Below are positions 46,101 through 54,810 of a stretch of DNA of 64,000 nucleotides, piece after piece. The stretch's first letter is position 1, and each line of letters begins with the position of its first letter. The stretch is from a virus: the UHGV virus genome UHGV-1384413. One strand, given 5' to 3'. Made by a program: the position numbers and the translations under genes. Under the pieces are notes generated by a model, which had not been told where the DNA came from, did not search any database, and saw only the letters and a program-made list of their open reading frames with translations.

Positions 46101-47323
46101 ATCAGAAAACGGCAGCTTTGACTGAGCAGTTAACCACTGCTAAAGGGCAGATTACAACCAACACCAATAACATTACCGGGTTGGATAATAAGCTGACTCA
46201 GACTAAGAAAGAATTGTCTGCGAATATTTCTGAAACTAATAAGTCTACTGTTGACCTTATTAATGGCACAGCGTCAGCTATTCGTCAAGAACTTGCTGTT
46301 GCTAAGCAGGAGATTATTGATGATGTTGGAGATGTGACCGAACTCAGAGCTGCAGTGGCTACAACATCTAAGGCTGTGACCGACTTAGAGGGCAAAGTAA
46401 ATGCTCAATGGGGCACAAAAATACAGGTAGACTCTGCAGGGAATAAGTATGTGGCAGGTATCCAGTTAGGCATGGAAGGCTCTGGAGGCCAAGTTCAGTC
46501 ATATTTCATGGTTAGCGCAAACAACTTTGCGGTATACAACCCAGGCAATGGAACAGCAACCCTTGCTTTCGCAATCAAGAACAACCAAGCGTTCTTGAAA
46601 GACGCTTTTATAGAGAACGGCACGATCTCTTCTGCCAAGATCGCGCAAGAAATTTCGTCAAACAACTACGATGGCAACGGGTACCACAAATACGGTTGGT
46701 ATATTAACAAGAACGGGCACGCCCAGTTTATGGATGTGTGGGTGAAAGGTAACATCAACGCTAGTGCAGGTAACTTCACAGGGGCAGTTAACGCCACCAG
46801 TGGTACCTTCCGTGGAGATGTTTATGCCAACAATGGTAGCTTTAGAGGGACCATAGATGCAACAGGAGGTACATTCCGTGGACGTGTAGAAGCTTCCGTT
46901 ATCCGTGCTAACCAGTTCGAAGGTGCGATTGTTGCACACAGGACTTACGGAGATTGTGCTCCAGTATATAACTCGCAGCAAAGGGTTTGCCGTTGGAGGT
47001 GGAGATATGTGGACAACGTGCAAGGCCAAGGTAAGAACGTAACATTCTTCTTTAAACTGAATGGTACTCTTGCCAGCTCCCAACTGAATGCATGGATAGC
47101 TGGTCATCAGATCCTTGCTGGCAAGAAGTATTTTAACGACAACAACGGCATGTGTGCGGTAGGGATAACAGGTCTGGGTGAACAAACTATAGACATTGTT
47201 ATCGAGATTTACACACCGTGGTCAACGTCCAGCGTGACAGGTGTCACAATCTCCTGTCCCACTGTGATCGTTAGTCGTTCTAACTCAAGCTTCCAGGGAC
47301 CTTGGAACGAGTCTCACGACTAA
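43178..47323 (+). CDS. central tail fibre, lambda gpJ-like, with inserted coiled-coil repeat array
   Basis: 1381 aa; QGYFAITLIPH..YYWYIRTTNAFGSSQFIECAA and C-terminal KYVAGIQLGMEG..NAFLKDAFIENG parallel lambda J (PGYFQITATPH..YYFYIRSVN; HYVAGIGLSMED) as recalled from memory; about six tandem ~40-aa repeats STNK[AS]TTDLLN.KTEALD.KL. Confidence 0.65.
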   Translation: MPIAMIDNIVASARSSSYDWNASKAALADSLNTVTTRTLDKIFEGNKSYRSQQDRQKLLRSSAAPCSVVYGKTRTSGLLAFLEQDRDRTLHCAIVLANHPLEGVEDILIDGNPISSYGDLVSWELHNDRKTSDPFMGTHCPSWSPDMIGRGISWLRASFKFDPNKFPFGLPNVTLVKVGKKCYDPRISKEVYTNNAALVILDYLRTYLKCPDETINWESFKEAANICDEAVRNADGTSERRYTINGEFDMDEAPASIMAEMLKACGADLSYVAGKYGLLVGAYYGPATMTLSEDCVCGEVKIYPEASFDKRSNTITGRFTSPTKGYSETDFPSVFVPEWIEKDGERKIIDIDYRFVTSPYQAQRVSAIFLRRARAGRIIEVTCNMRGFKFKPGRYVTMNLPSIGIVGQEMRVLEWEFTKKGGVKVKLRQDAKEWNDATGQLPDSGDVDIPISPSGVAQPQNFRYSVLQAGEVTHGVLAWDNVGTYAQNIVQVRKNGEIIWTAQTVEQFVRVEGLTKGSYTATVVATSYKGGVSPEAYCEFNIQAPEAPVSVEVKQGYFAITLIPHSRDLASVSTQYDFWTSGMTRLPDTSDATVTSKATRMGVGSTWTSEGLQNDKIYYWYIRTTNAFGSSQFIECAARCYTSIEDLMPQIDAEFKKTETYKELMSTLDSSIEEVENRVTELNRYMDGRVDEAFDHMEGEFSRVDKLYAQLGDRVGIFIQETHDNFQDVNGTLTTLDQKLVATQNKFADDLSKESGKLTSLIQTTNKATTDLLNQKTEALDEKIFSTRGELEDALAQESSELNSLIVSTNKTTTDLLNRKTEALDNKLTATKGELTNNLQNESAKLSSLIESTNKSTTDLLNKKTEALDEKLVAAQGELTEQIGDVEKGYLAGDKSLEGKLNTQRSELDASILSTNQATVDLLNRTSETLDQKISQTNATVSKNYTTLDGKINTAKSDLNTLISTTNKATTDLLNQKTAALTEQLTTAKGQITTNTNNITGLDNKLTQTKKELSANISETNKSTVDLINGTASAIRQELAVAKQEIIDDVGDVTELRAAVATTSKAVTDLEGKVNAQWGTKIQVDSAGNKYVAGIQLGMEGSGGQVQSYFMVSANNFAVYNPGNGTATLAFAIKNNQAFLKDAFIENGTISSAKIAQEISSNNYDGNGYHKYGWYINKNGHAQFMDVWVKGNINASAGNFTGAVNATSGTFRGDVYANNGSFRGTIDATGGTFRGRVEASVIRANQFEGAIVAHRTYGDCAPVYNSQQRVCRWRWRYVDNVQGQGKNVTFFFKLNGTLASSQLNAWIAGHQILAGKKYFNDNNGMCAVGITGLGEQTIDIVIEIYTPWSTSSVTGVTISCPTVIVSRSNSSFQGPWNESHD

Positions 47324-47329
47324 CTTTTA

Positions 47330-47356
47330 AAGCCCCGCTTCGGCGGGGTTTATTTT
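47330..47356 (+). terminator. rho-independent terminator
   Basis: agccccgc-ttcg-gcggggtt then TATTTTTAT. Confidence 0.75.
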
Positions 47357-47366
47357 TATGCTCAGA

Positions 47367-47397
47367 TTGACTATTGTTACAAAATTTGGTAAAATAC
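47367..47397 (+). promoter_or_regulatory. sigma70 promoter with extended -10
   Basis: TTGACT 47367-47372, 17 bp, TGGTAAAATA 47388-47397. Confidence 0.55.
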
Positions 47398-47428
47398 CTT
47401 GTAGAGATTTTCATACCGGAGGAGTGAC

Positions 47429-48919
47429 GTGGCTAAGTATGGATTGACAGAGGCTGGTTTCGTTATACCAACCCTAAATGACCTAATCGTTGAAACTAAG
47501 CAAAGCCTGATCCGTGCTTTTGGCGAAAACTTCAACGTACAGAGTAACTCCGTTGCAGATAAGCTGACCACTATCTTCAACGAGCGAGAGTATCAACTTA
47601 TTCTTATGGCAGCATCTGTATACGCATCGCAGACGCTGTATGGGGCAGAAGGTATTTACCTGGATGAGCTTCTTGGAAGACAGGGTATTTACCGAAGAGG
47701 CCGTTCTAAATCATCAGGTACCTGCCAGTTGACAATCAACACAACTGTGCCGTACAATATGATTTATGATTCCAAAACTTATACACTGGACAGTGGCAAC
47801 TTTGTTCTTAGCAACGATGTGCAGGTGGCGGGAAATCTTATTGCTCACAGAATAAACGCTCCAGACCTAAGAATTGGGAAATACAACTTTCAAATTACCA
47901 ACCAGACAGACGGAAGTATCAAAACAAAAAGTCTGGTTTTAACAGATAAGGCTCTGGACTCTTCTGATTTGCCAAGCTTTTACGGCGAGATTAAGCAATT
48001 CATTGTCGATAATACAACCCTGCTGAATGATGATTTAATTCAGATAGATATGTTGACAGGGACGTTGTGGATAGGGTACAATTCGAATCTTGATCAAGTT
48101 GGACTTAATAGTAGGGTAGATTTCAGAGTATCCCCGATTGTAGGGGAAAGAACTATCACCCTAGATGTTATCGCTAACGAGGCTGGTGAGCTGTCAAGAG
48201 AGGCAGAAACCGTGACAACAATGTCACCTACTCCCAGCGGATTTATCAAGCTTACCAACCGAGAAAGATTCAATGAGGGCAGGGATGTTGAGAAAGACTC
48301 TGAGTATCGCCTAAGAGCTTCCAGCACTAAGCAGTTAACATCTAAAGCTACCCGCCCTGCAATTCTTAGCGCTGTAAGCGAGGTGAAAGGTGTTGAGAAA
48401 GTAAGAGTGTTCTCCAACAACACCGATAAAACGGATGCGAAAGGTATACCACCTTATAAGTTTCAAGTGGTGGTGTTTGGTGGTGCAACAGAGGATATCT
48501 GTCAGGCGCTGTATCAAACCATAGCTTGCACAAACAGAACTTATGGGAATATCTTCTACGATATTACCACATCAGACGGTCAAACTGAAAGGATTTATTA
48601 CTCCAAGGCAAATACCTACCGCCTAGATGTAAGAATTACCTACTCAGGTGCTGCGCTTTCCACAACCGAAAAAGATGCCATTGTAGAGGCTCTTTTGCAG
48701 GTTGTTAACGGACTGGATGTTGCAGATACGTTGTACAATATCCAATTGGTTGGTGCTGCATCAGCTGCTGTGTCAATAGGCAGATTTAACAGACTTGTAA
48801 TTCAAGTCAAACCTGTGGGGGCCTCTGATGAAGCTTACACTACAAACGATATTGTTGCAAACATGACTGAGGTGTTTGACCTAGACGAAAGTAATATAAC
48901 TTTCCAACAAACTATTTAA
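47429..48919 (+). CDS. baseplate J-like wedge protein (P2 gpJ / T4 gp6 family; GTG start)
   Basis: 496 aa; N-terminal region and C-terminal AKGIPPYKFQVVVFGG..YRLDVRITYSGAA resemble Baseplate_J proteins. Confidence 0.5.
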   Translation: MAKYGLTEAGFVIPTLNDLIVETKQSLIRAFGENFNVQSNSVADKLTTIFNEREYQLILMAASVYASQTLYGAEGIYLDELLGRQGIYRRGRSKSSGTCQLTINTTVPYNMIYDSKTYTLDSGNFVLSNDVQVAGNLIAHRINAPDLRIGKYNFQITNQTDGSIKTKSLVLTDKALDSSDLPSFYGEIKQFIVDNTTLLNDDLIQIDMLTGTLWIGYNSNLDQVGLNSRVDFRVSPIVGERTITLDVIANEAGELSREAETVTTMSPTPSGFIKLTNRERFNEGRDVEKDSEYRLRASSTKQLTSKATRPAILSAVSEVKGVEKVRVFSNNTDKTDAKGIPPYKFQVVVFGGATEDICQALYQTIACTNRTYGNIFYDITTSDGQTERIYYSKANTYRLDVRITYSGAALSTTEKDAIVEALLQVVNGLDVADTLYNIQLVGAASAAVSIGRFNRLVIQVKPVGASDEAYTTNDIVANMTEVFDLDESNITFQQTI

Positions 48920-48930
48920 GGCGGTGAGAT

Positions 48931-49617
48931 ATGGCAGAGATTAAGTCGGATGTCAACCACATCCACACTCTGCCAGATTTTGTTCAGGGAGGTCTTGATT
49001 ACCTGCCTGGGGATTTTCTGGCTGAGAAGGTTAATTTAGTCACATTCTTAACCGTGTACCTTAAAAGGTTGGAGAATGTTGATAAGATGCTGGTAGGTTT
49101 GGCTGAAGGAAGATTGCTTAACAATGCCAGCGGAAGATACCTTGATGAAGTTGGTAATCAACTTGGTATTCTTAGGAATGGGCTTTCAGATGCTGATTTT
49201 CGTGCTACGCTGATTATTCAGCAGGCAGCATCATCAAGAGGTGGTACTCGCGAAGATGTCATCTCCACCTTACGGCAGTTGTTCGGAAGAGACAATTTCG
49301 ATACGTGGAAAGGTGACAACTTCAGATTTGACATAAATATTAGAAAAACTTGCTTCGACATATTACAGTCCATCGATCAAATCTTAGATATGCTACCATT
49401 ACCTTGTCATTTGCGTCTTACAGAGTCGCAAGGGCAAGCTTTTGGTTTTGAAGGGGACTCTACAGCTCTCGGCTTCGGGTCGGTGTGGGAAGAAAACCAG
49501 TTCGGTGTCGGTGGGTTGGCTACTTTGTTATATGTTCCTGACGTAAGACCTGATTGGGATACCACAACTATTTATTGTGAAAGTATTACAGTAAACGCAA
49601 CTAGACAGGAGGGTTAA
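48931..49617 (+). CDS. baseplate protein, P2 gpI / Mu gp48-like
   Basis: 228 aa immediately after the J-like gene; ..LDYLPGDFLAE.. N-terminal pattern and gene order match tail protein I. Confidence 0.45.
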   Translation: MAEIKSDVNHIHTLPDFVQGGLDYLPGDFLAEKVNLVTFLTVYLKRLENVDKMLVGLAEGRLLNNASGRYLDEVGNQLGILRNGLSDADFRATLIIQQAASSRGGTREDVISTLRQLFGRDNFDTWKGDNFRFDINIRKTCFDILQSIDQILDMLPLPCHLRLTESQGQAFGFEGDSTALGFGSVWEENQFGVGGLATLLYVPDVRPDWDTTTIYCESITVNATRQEG

Positions 49618-51689
49618 TGGCAACAGCTGTTTTTAAACCTTACCGTGATTACTCTACAATGGCTGCACGGTTTCATTACCGCACAGTTCAGGATACTGCA
49701 GTTCCGGGTAGGGATTATGATCATGTTGAGGGCGATGTAACTATCCCGGTTGGGGCAACCAGTATTGAGATCCCTGTAGAAATTGTTGACAAATTGCCAA
49801 ACAGGTTGCCAAGAAGCTTCTTTATGGAGTTTTCATCAAACTCCCAAGGGGTTATGATTGGAACACAAAGAGCGAAATGTACAATAGTTTCAGATGAGAA
49901 TCTTGACAGAATATCTTGGGATACCGTTGAGGAGAGAATGTTTCACCCAAGATACTGGGTTACAACCACACAGCAGACTGAAAGCACCTGTATTGTTGCG
50001 GATAATAACTGCTGTATTAACCGTTTAGTGTCAAGAACATATGGAGGCATGGCTGGGTGCATTTGGGAAACAGTTGACAAGTATGACCATTTCGGCATTG
50101 GATTTGATGATCACTACGAGATGAGAAACACCAAGCTTTGGTTCAGAATGTCAATAACCAATGCCAGCAACTTCTCCACCCCTGAAAAGATGATTATGAC
50201 TGTAGACCTTGTTGATGGTACAATCATCTATGTTCCTTTAGCTCAATATGCTGTCAGCATCTCAGAGGATAAGAATGTTGCAGAAATTCATATTGATTTC
50301 GAGGACTGCGTCGGGATGGACCAGAACAACAACATGATGGGTGTTGATCCTCGGCAGGTGAGAAGGATTTTAATACCGCTTATGCCTAAAGATTGGGTAG
50401 GTAATAGCACAGACCCGAGAACGGAAAATGTAGAATGTGAGTTGCGTCTAGATCTTCTTCAGCCAGACACAGGCTGGAAAATGATGCAACTTAACAATAT
50501 TCAGGTGAAAGAACACGATGTTGGGATCTGCACAGCATATGACGATATGTGGAACGTATCCCCTTTAAGGGTGTTGAGTAATATCAAGCGTCTGGGCTAT
50601 ACAGGAACCATAAACCATTATGTTGGTATGAGCCATTATTATGACTACACATGGTCAGGAACCCAATGGTCTATAAACAAAACAGGAGCTCTAAACGCTG
50701 CAGCTTATAAATGGCATGATGATTTTATGTACAATGCCAAACGGCATGACTTCGACGTTATGCAGTCTGTAAGCTTTGAGCTTTATAGCGATGCCTGTCC
50801 GTTGGAATGGACCCAGAGAGACTGGAACGATAACTATGCTAAAACAGGCTATACGCCTTGCAGTTACCTCCTGTCTCCAACCATTGAAGAGGGCATGAAT
50901 TTCCTTACTGCAGTATTTAAGAATTTTGCATCAGCCGCTATAAGAAACAACCTGCCAGTGATTATGCAGATTGGTGAACCGTGGTGGTGGTTCAATACCG
51001 ATACCCGTAAGCCTTGTATTTATGACTACCCTACAAAGCAGGCGTTTTATGATGAGACTGGTGAATATGCACTAGACATTGGGACTATTGACGATCCTAA
51101 AACTGGCGGTGTTTATGACAAGTATGTAGCATTTTGTCGTGGTAAGCTTGGCGCTCGTATTGCAGCTATTTCAAAGGCAATAAAAGCACACGCTGCATCA
51201 GCTCAGATGACAGCTTTACTGTTTTTCCCCACTATTATGGAAACCGAGCTTACGCAAAAACTGAACCTTGCTGACCAATATAAAAAGGAAGCAGGTGCTC
51301 TTGATTTCTTCTGCACTGAGTGCTACGATTGGGTGATGCAGGGAGGTATTGAAAAGGCAAAAGAGTCTGTAAACATACCTATCGTTAAGTTAGGTTGGAA
51401 ACCGTCTGAAATACAATACCTTGCAGGGTTCGTTCCTAGCAAAGAGCTTGCTCCGGTATATGGCTACGACCCAACCAGGAATTACCAAGAATTTTTATGG
51501 AGATGTATTTGCGGAAACATGGCAACCATAGAGTATAGATACCCTGAGGTAAAACAGTATGTGTGGGCATACCCGCAAGTAATGTCTGACAGCATCACTG
51601 TTACCGCCAGAGATTCTACTGTTCTGCATATGGGGCAGGTTGCTCTGAAAGGGTATGTAGAAGATGTTGTTCCGCCAGACTTCTCATAA
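49617..51689 (+). CDS. tail fibre or spike with N-terminal Calx-beta-like domain
   Basis: 690 aa; GRDYDHVEGDVTIPVGATSIEIPVEIVD fits the Calx-beta pattern; Trp-rich C-terminal domain (IGEPWWWFN) of unknown, possibly enzymatic, function. Confidence 0.4.
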   Translation: MATAVFKPYRDYSTMAARFHYRTVQDTAVPGRDYDHVEGDVTIPVGATSIEIPVEIVDKLPNRLPRSFFMEFSSNSQGVMIGTQRAKCTIVSDENLDRISWDTVEERMFHPRYWVTTTQQTESTCIVADNNCCINRLVSRTYGGMAGCIWETVDKYDHFGIGFDDHYEMRNTKLWFRMSITNASNFSTPEKMIMTVDLVDGTIIYVPLAQYAVSISEDKNVAEIHIDFEDCVGMDQNNNMMGVDPRQVRRILIPLMPKDWVGNSTDPRTENVECELRLDLLQPDTGWKMMQLNNIQVKEHDVGICTAYDDMWNVSPLRVLSNIKRLGYTGTINHYVGMSHYYDYTWSGTQWSINKTGALNAAAYKWHDDFMYNAKRHDFDVMQSVSFELYSDACPLEWTQRDWNDNYAKTGYTPCSYLLSPTIEEGMNFLTAVFKNFASAAIRNNLPVIMQIGEPWWWFNTDTRKPCIYDYPTKQAFYDETGEYALDIGTIDDPKTGGVYDKYVAFCRGKLGARIAAISKAIKAHAASAQMTALLFFPTIMETELTQKLNLADQYKKEAGALDFFCTECYDWVMQGGIEKAKESVNIPIVKLGWKPSEIQYLAGFVPSKELAPVYGYDPTRNYQEFLWRCICGNMATIEYRYPEVKQYVWAYPQVMSDSITVTARDSTVLHMGQVALKGYVEDVVPPDFS

Positions 51690-51701
51690 TCAGGAGATAA
51701 A

Positions 51702-52742
51702 ATGTCAAAACCTAGTTTTCCATTAGAGATTTGGGCAGAGGAGGATCAGGTTCTGCCTAACACCCACAGACAGAACAGGCTACGCCCGATTGATGATTTG
51801 TGGAGAAAAGGTTGGGATCTTGGTCAAAAGCCGTCATGTGAAGAACTTAACTATATTTTCAATATGCTCGGGACTTGGGCAAAATATATTGCTGACGAGC
51901 AGATCCCTGCCCAAGAGGGCCGTTATCTGGTACGTGATAATAACCTGAGCGATCTTTTGAACATTCCTGTTGCCCGTAGAAACCTTGGGATTATTACTAA
52001 GGAAGAGGCAGACGCCAGGTATGTAAAAGTTACAGGCGATACAATGACAGGCCCCTTAGGTTTGCAGCGTATCAACTTTAAAGCTGCCGAGACAGATAAG
52101 GCTTGGATAGAGACAACTATTGGTCCAGATAAGACAACTCTCGACTTTGGGTTAAGTGATAACACTGGGGCGTTTGATGATGGTGGCACATCTACAGTAG
52201 ATGCGTTTCGTTGGAGATTCCAGCCAACTCAGCCAGACATTAATCCAGAGTTCACTTTGATGTACCTGAACGCGATCACGGCTAACCGTGCGCTGTTGAA
52301 AGTGGTAGGTAATGTTGAAGTTGTCGATAACATGCGGTGTAACAACCTTACCATTAGCAGCACAGCAACATTCACCAACTGTAATGTGGCTAGTCAGTTG
52401 ACAGCTGGGTCCGTATATGTTAATGGCGGCGCAAGTTGTGACAGTATGGTTGTAAGAAGCCAGCATTGTGTTGTCGGTAACAGGAATGTGGTGCGCTCTG
52501 TGAATGGAGTGACGGCTAACGGTAACGGAGATGTAACGATCACCATCCCGCAGACAGGGGTACAGGATATCAGAATCGGTGCAAGACTTGTTGATGGTGT
52601 TTCTGAATCTCCAGTTCGCAACGGCTACGTTGTCACAGGTTGGCATTTTGGTGATAAAAAAGAGATGCGTGGTTCAACCTACTGGGCAGGACCTTTACAA
52701 AAACTTGTAAATGGTCAATGGATCACTGTTAATTATGCGTAG
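51702..52742 (+). CDS. tail fibre / receptor-binding protein, paralogue A
   Basis: 346 aa; conserved N-terminus (SFPLEIWAEEDQVLPNT) and C-terminus (LQKLVNGQWITVNYA) shared with the 53755 ORF, divergent middle. Confidence 0.45.
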   Translation: MSKPSFPLEIWAEEDQVLPNTHRQNRLRPIDDLWRKGWDLGQKPSCEELNYIFNMLGTWAKYIADEQIPAQEGRYLVRDNNLSDLLNIPVARRNLGIITKEEADARYVKVTGDTMTGPLGLQRINFKAAETDKAWIETTIGPDKTTLDFGLSDNTGAFDDGGTSTVDAFRWRFQPTQPDINPEFTLMYLNAITANRALLKVVGNVEVVDNMRCNNLTISSTATFTNCNVASQLTAGSVYVNGGASCDSMVVRSQHCVVGNRNVVRSVNGVTANGNGDVTITIPQTGVQDIRIGARLVDGVSESPVRNGYVVTGWHFGDKKEMRGSTYWAGPLQKLVNGQWITVNYA

Positions 52743-52756
52743 ATCGGAGGACTAGC

Positions 52757-53341
52757 ATGAAAATACTTCAAGAGTTTAAACTTTACCAGCCGGGATCTGG
52801 CGAATACTACACCAACAAGGAGACCAAGGAGCTGACTCCTCAGGAGGTTGAGGATTACACAGCATACACTGGATATTTTTTACGTAATGATGATGGCGAT
52901 TGGTATGTGCAATCACGAACACTGCGACAAGAAAATCCAGGCTGTATCTTCCTACTTGTTGACGAGAAGGGTATTCTTAAGACATCTACAGAAGAACCTG
53001 ATGCCTTGTGGCCTGCTCCAGGTCTTCGTGTGGTTATCGCCAAAAAAGAAGAGGTACCAGAAAACATTATGCTCCACCACGACGCTTTGCGTTTAGTTGG
53101 TGATGAATTTGTCACAGACAATGAATTCTTTGTTCAACAGGCAGAGGGTGTCATAGAGACAGAACTTGCTTGGGCTACTGCTAGAATTGGTGCCTATCAA
53201 GACATGATTGACCTTGAATACGATCTTACTGATGACCAAAAACGCAACATCAGAGATTTGAAAATGTACAGGGTAAAACTTCTTGAAATAGATACATCTA
53301 AAGCCCCTGACATTTTCTTCCCGGAACGACCTACCCTCTAA
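52757..53341 (+). CDS. tail fibre assembly protein (Tfa-like chaperone)
   Basis: 194 aa; C-terminal YRVKLLEIDTSKAPDIFFPERP matches the conserved Tfa C-terminal motif. Confidence 0.6.
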   Translation: MKILQEFKLYQPGSGEYYTNKETKELTPQEVEDYTAYTGYFLRNDDGDWYVQSRTLRQENPGCIFLLVDEKGILKTSTEEPDALWPAPGLRVVIAKKEEVPENIMLHHDALRLVGDEFVTDNEFFVQQAEGVIETELAWATARIGAYQDMIDLEYDLTDDQKRNIRDLKMYRVKLLEIDTSKAPDIFFPERPTL

Positions 53342-53352
53342 GAGGAGGTGTT

Positions 53353-53667
53353 GTGGAGTTGGATTTGGCGGCATTGTACGGTATCTGCATGGGTACCGTT
53401 GTCCCGATCTGTGTATGGGCTTTCAACCAGTGGCACACCAAATGGAAAGGCATTTCCAAGAGGTTGGATGAGCTGGAGAAAGACCTCATCTTAGTGAAAA
53501 ATAGCATGGTTACAAAAGATAGACTTGATTCCATTATCGAGACCCGGTTAAGTAAGCTAGAGGCCGATATTAACGACCTTAAGCAAGATGTCAGGACAGA
53601 TGTCTCCGGTATCAGAGCTGATGTGCAAAAGATTTTACACATGCTTGTAGAGCATAGTAAAAGGTAA
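53353..53667 (+). CDS. small membrane protein with coiled coil (function unknown)
   Basis: 104 aa, non-ATG start with RBS aggagg; one N-terminal TMD LYGICMGTVVPICVWAF then charged helical region. Confidence 0.35.
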   Translation: MELDLAALYGICMGTVVPICVWAFNQWHTKWKGISKRLDELEKDLILVKNSMVTKDRLDSIIETRLSKLEADINDLKQDVRTDVSGIRADVQKILHMLVEHSKR

Positions 53668-53675
53668 ACAAAGGT

Positions 53676-53710
53676 CAGAACGGCAAGGATGCCGTTCTTG
53701 CATTTTGTTC
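53676..53710 (+). terminator. rho-independent terminator
   Basis: cagaacggc-aagga-tgccgttctt then TGCATTTTG. Confidence 0.6.
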
Positions 53711-53717
53711 TCTAAAG

Positions 53718-53726
53718 TGTTAAAAT
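53718..53726 (+). promoter_or_regulatory. extended -10 promoter element TGTTAAAAT
   Basis: Variant of the recurring TGnTAAAAT motif; about 30 bp upstream of ATG 53755. Confidence 0.35.
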
Positions 53727-53754
53727 AGTCCTTAAGGAATTTTCTCAGGAGAAC

Positions 53755-54801
53755 GTGATGACTAAACCAGTTATCCCTCTTGATATTTGGGCCAATCAGG
53801 ATGTTGTGCTTGAAAATACAGGAGAGTTGAACAAATCTCAACCGAACAAAGAAGAGAGATTGAAAGGTTGGGATATGACACAAAGGATAGCATGTGAAGT
53901 TGTTAACTTTGAACTCCACATGCTTTCTGCGTGGCTAAAGCATTTAACAGAAGATGTTGTCCCTGGATGGGATAATAGATTCTTAAGGGTCACTAATAAT
54001 CTGGCAGATGTTCCAGACAAAGCTGCTGCACGTAAAGTTCTCAATGTATACTCGCCTGAAGAAATGGATGACCTGTATGTTGACAAGACTGGGGACACAA
54101 TGACCCAGACTCAAACTTTAGGTCTTCAAAGAATCGAGTTTGCATCCGCGTCAACAGACAATGCGGCGATATATACCACCATAACTCCAGACAAGACGAT
54201 GATGGATTTCTGGATTATGGACAACATCGGCGGTGCTGACGGCACGGACCTTGATGATCCTTCTCACCAAATAGACGGTTTCCGTTGGAGATTTCAACCC
54301 TCTGGTGGGCAGCCTGTGTTTTCGGCTATGAAGCTCAATGCTATAACTGCCAACCGTGCAAGACTGGCTATCCAAGGAAATCTTGAATGCAATGATGCAA
54401 AAAGCTCCTCTGCAAATGCTAATGCGGTAACGATACCAAGAGCCACTGTTAATGGACAACAATCCTGCGGCAGCGCTCAAATAGGTGGAAGAGTAGATTG
54501 TAACGATAAAACCGCCAGGGGTCAATATGCAACAGTTGGTGGGAGAAACGTTGTCCGCAGGGTAAATGGTAGTAGCGCAGATAGCAGTGGTAACCTTACT
54601 ATCCCTATGCCTAGTAGGGGTGTTGAAGATGTAAGGATAGCAAACCGCTTCAGAACCACCTACAGAGAATCAAGAGTATACCCTGGGCATGTAATGTGCT
54701 CCGGCAATTACGCCTATAAACACCCGTATCAAGGTGACTATTGGACTGGTGCTATTCAAAAATTTGTAAACGGTCAATGGATCACTATATCTTATGCTTA
54801 A
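53755..54801 (+). CDS. tail fibre / receptor-binding protein, paralogue B
   Basis: 348 aa; N-terminus PVIPLDIWANQDVVLENT and C-terminus IQKFVNGQWITISYA parallel the 51702 ORF. Confidence 0.45.
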   Translation: MMTKPVIPLDIWANQDVVLENTGELNKSQPNKEERLKGWDMTQRIACEVVNFELHMLSAWLKHLTEDVVPGWDNRFLRVTNNLADVPDKAAARKVLNVYSPEEMDDLYVDKTGDTMTQTQTLGLQRIEFASASTDNAAIYTTITPDKTMMDFWIMDNIGGADGTDLDDPSHQIDGFRWRFQPSGGQPVFSAMKLNAITANRARLAIQGNLECNDAKSSSANANAVTIPRATVNGQQSCGSAQIGGRVDCNDKTARGQYATVGGRNVVRRVNGSSADSSGNLTIPMPSRGVEDVRIANRFRTTYRESRVYPGHVMCSGNYAYKHPYQGDYWTGAIQKFVNGQWITISYA

Positions 54802-54810
54802 AGAGGGTAA

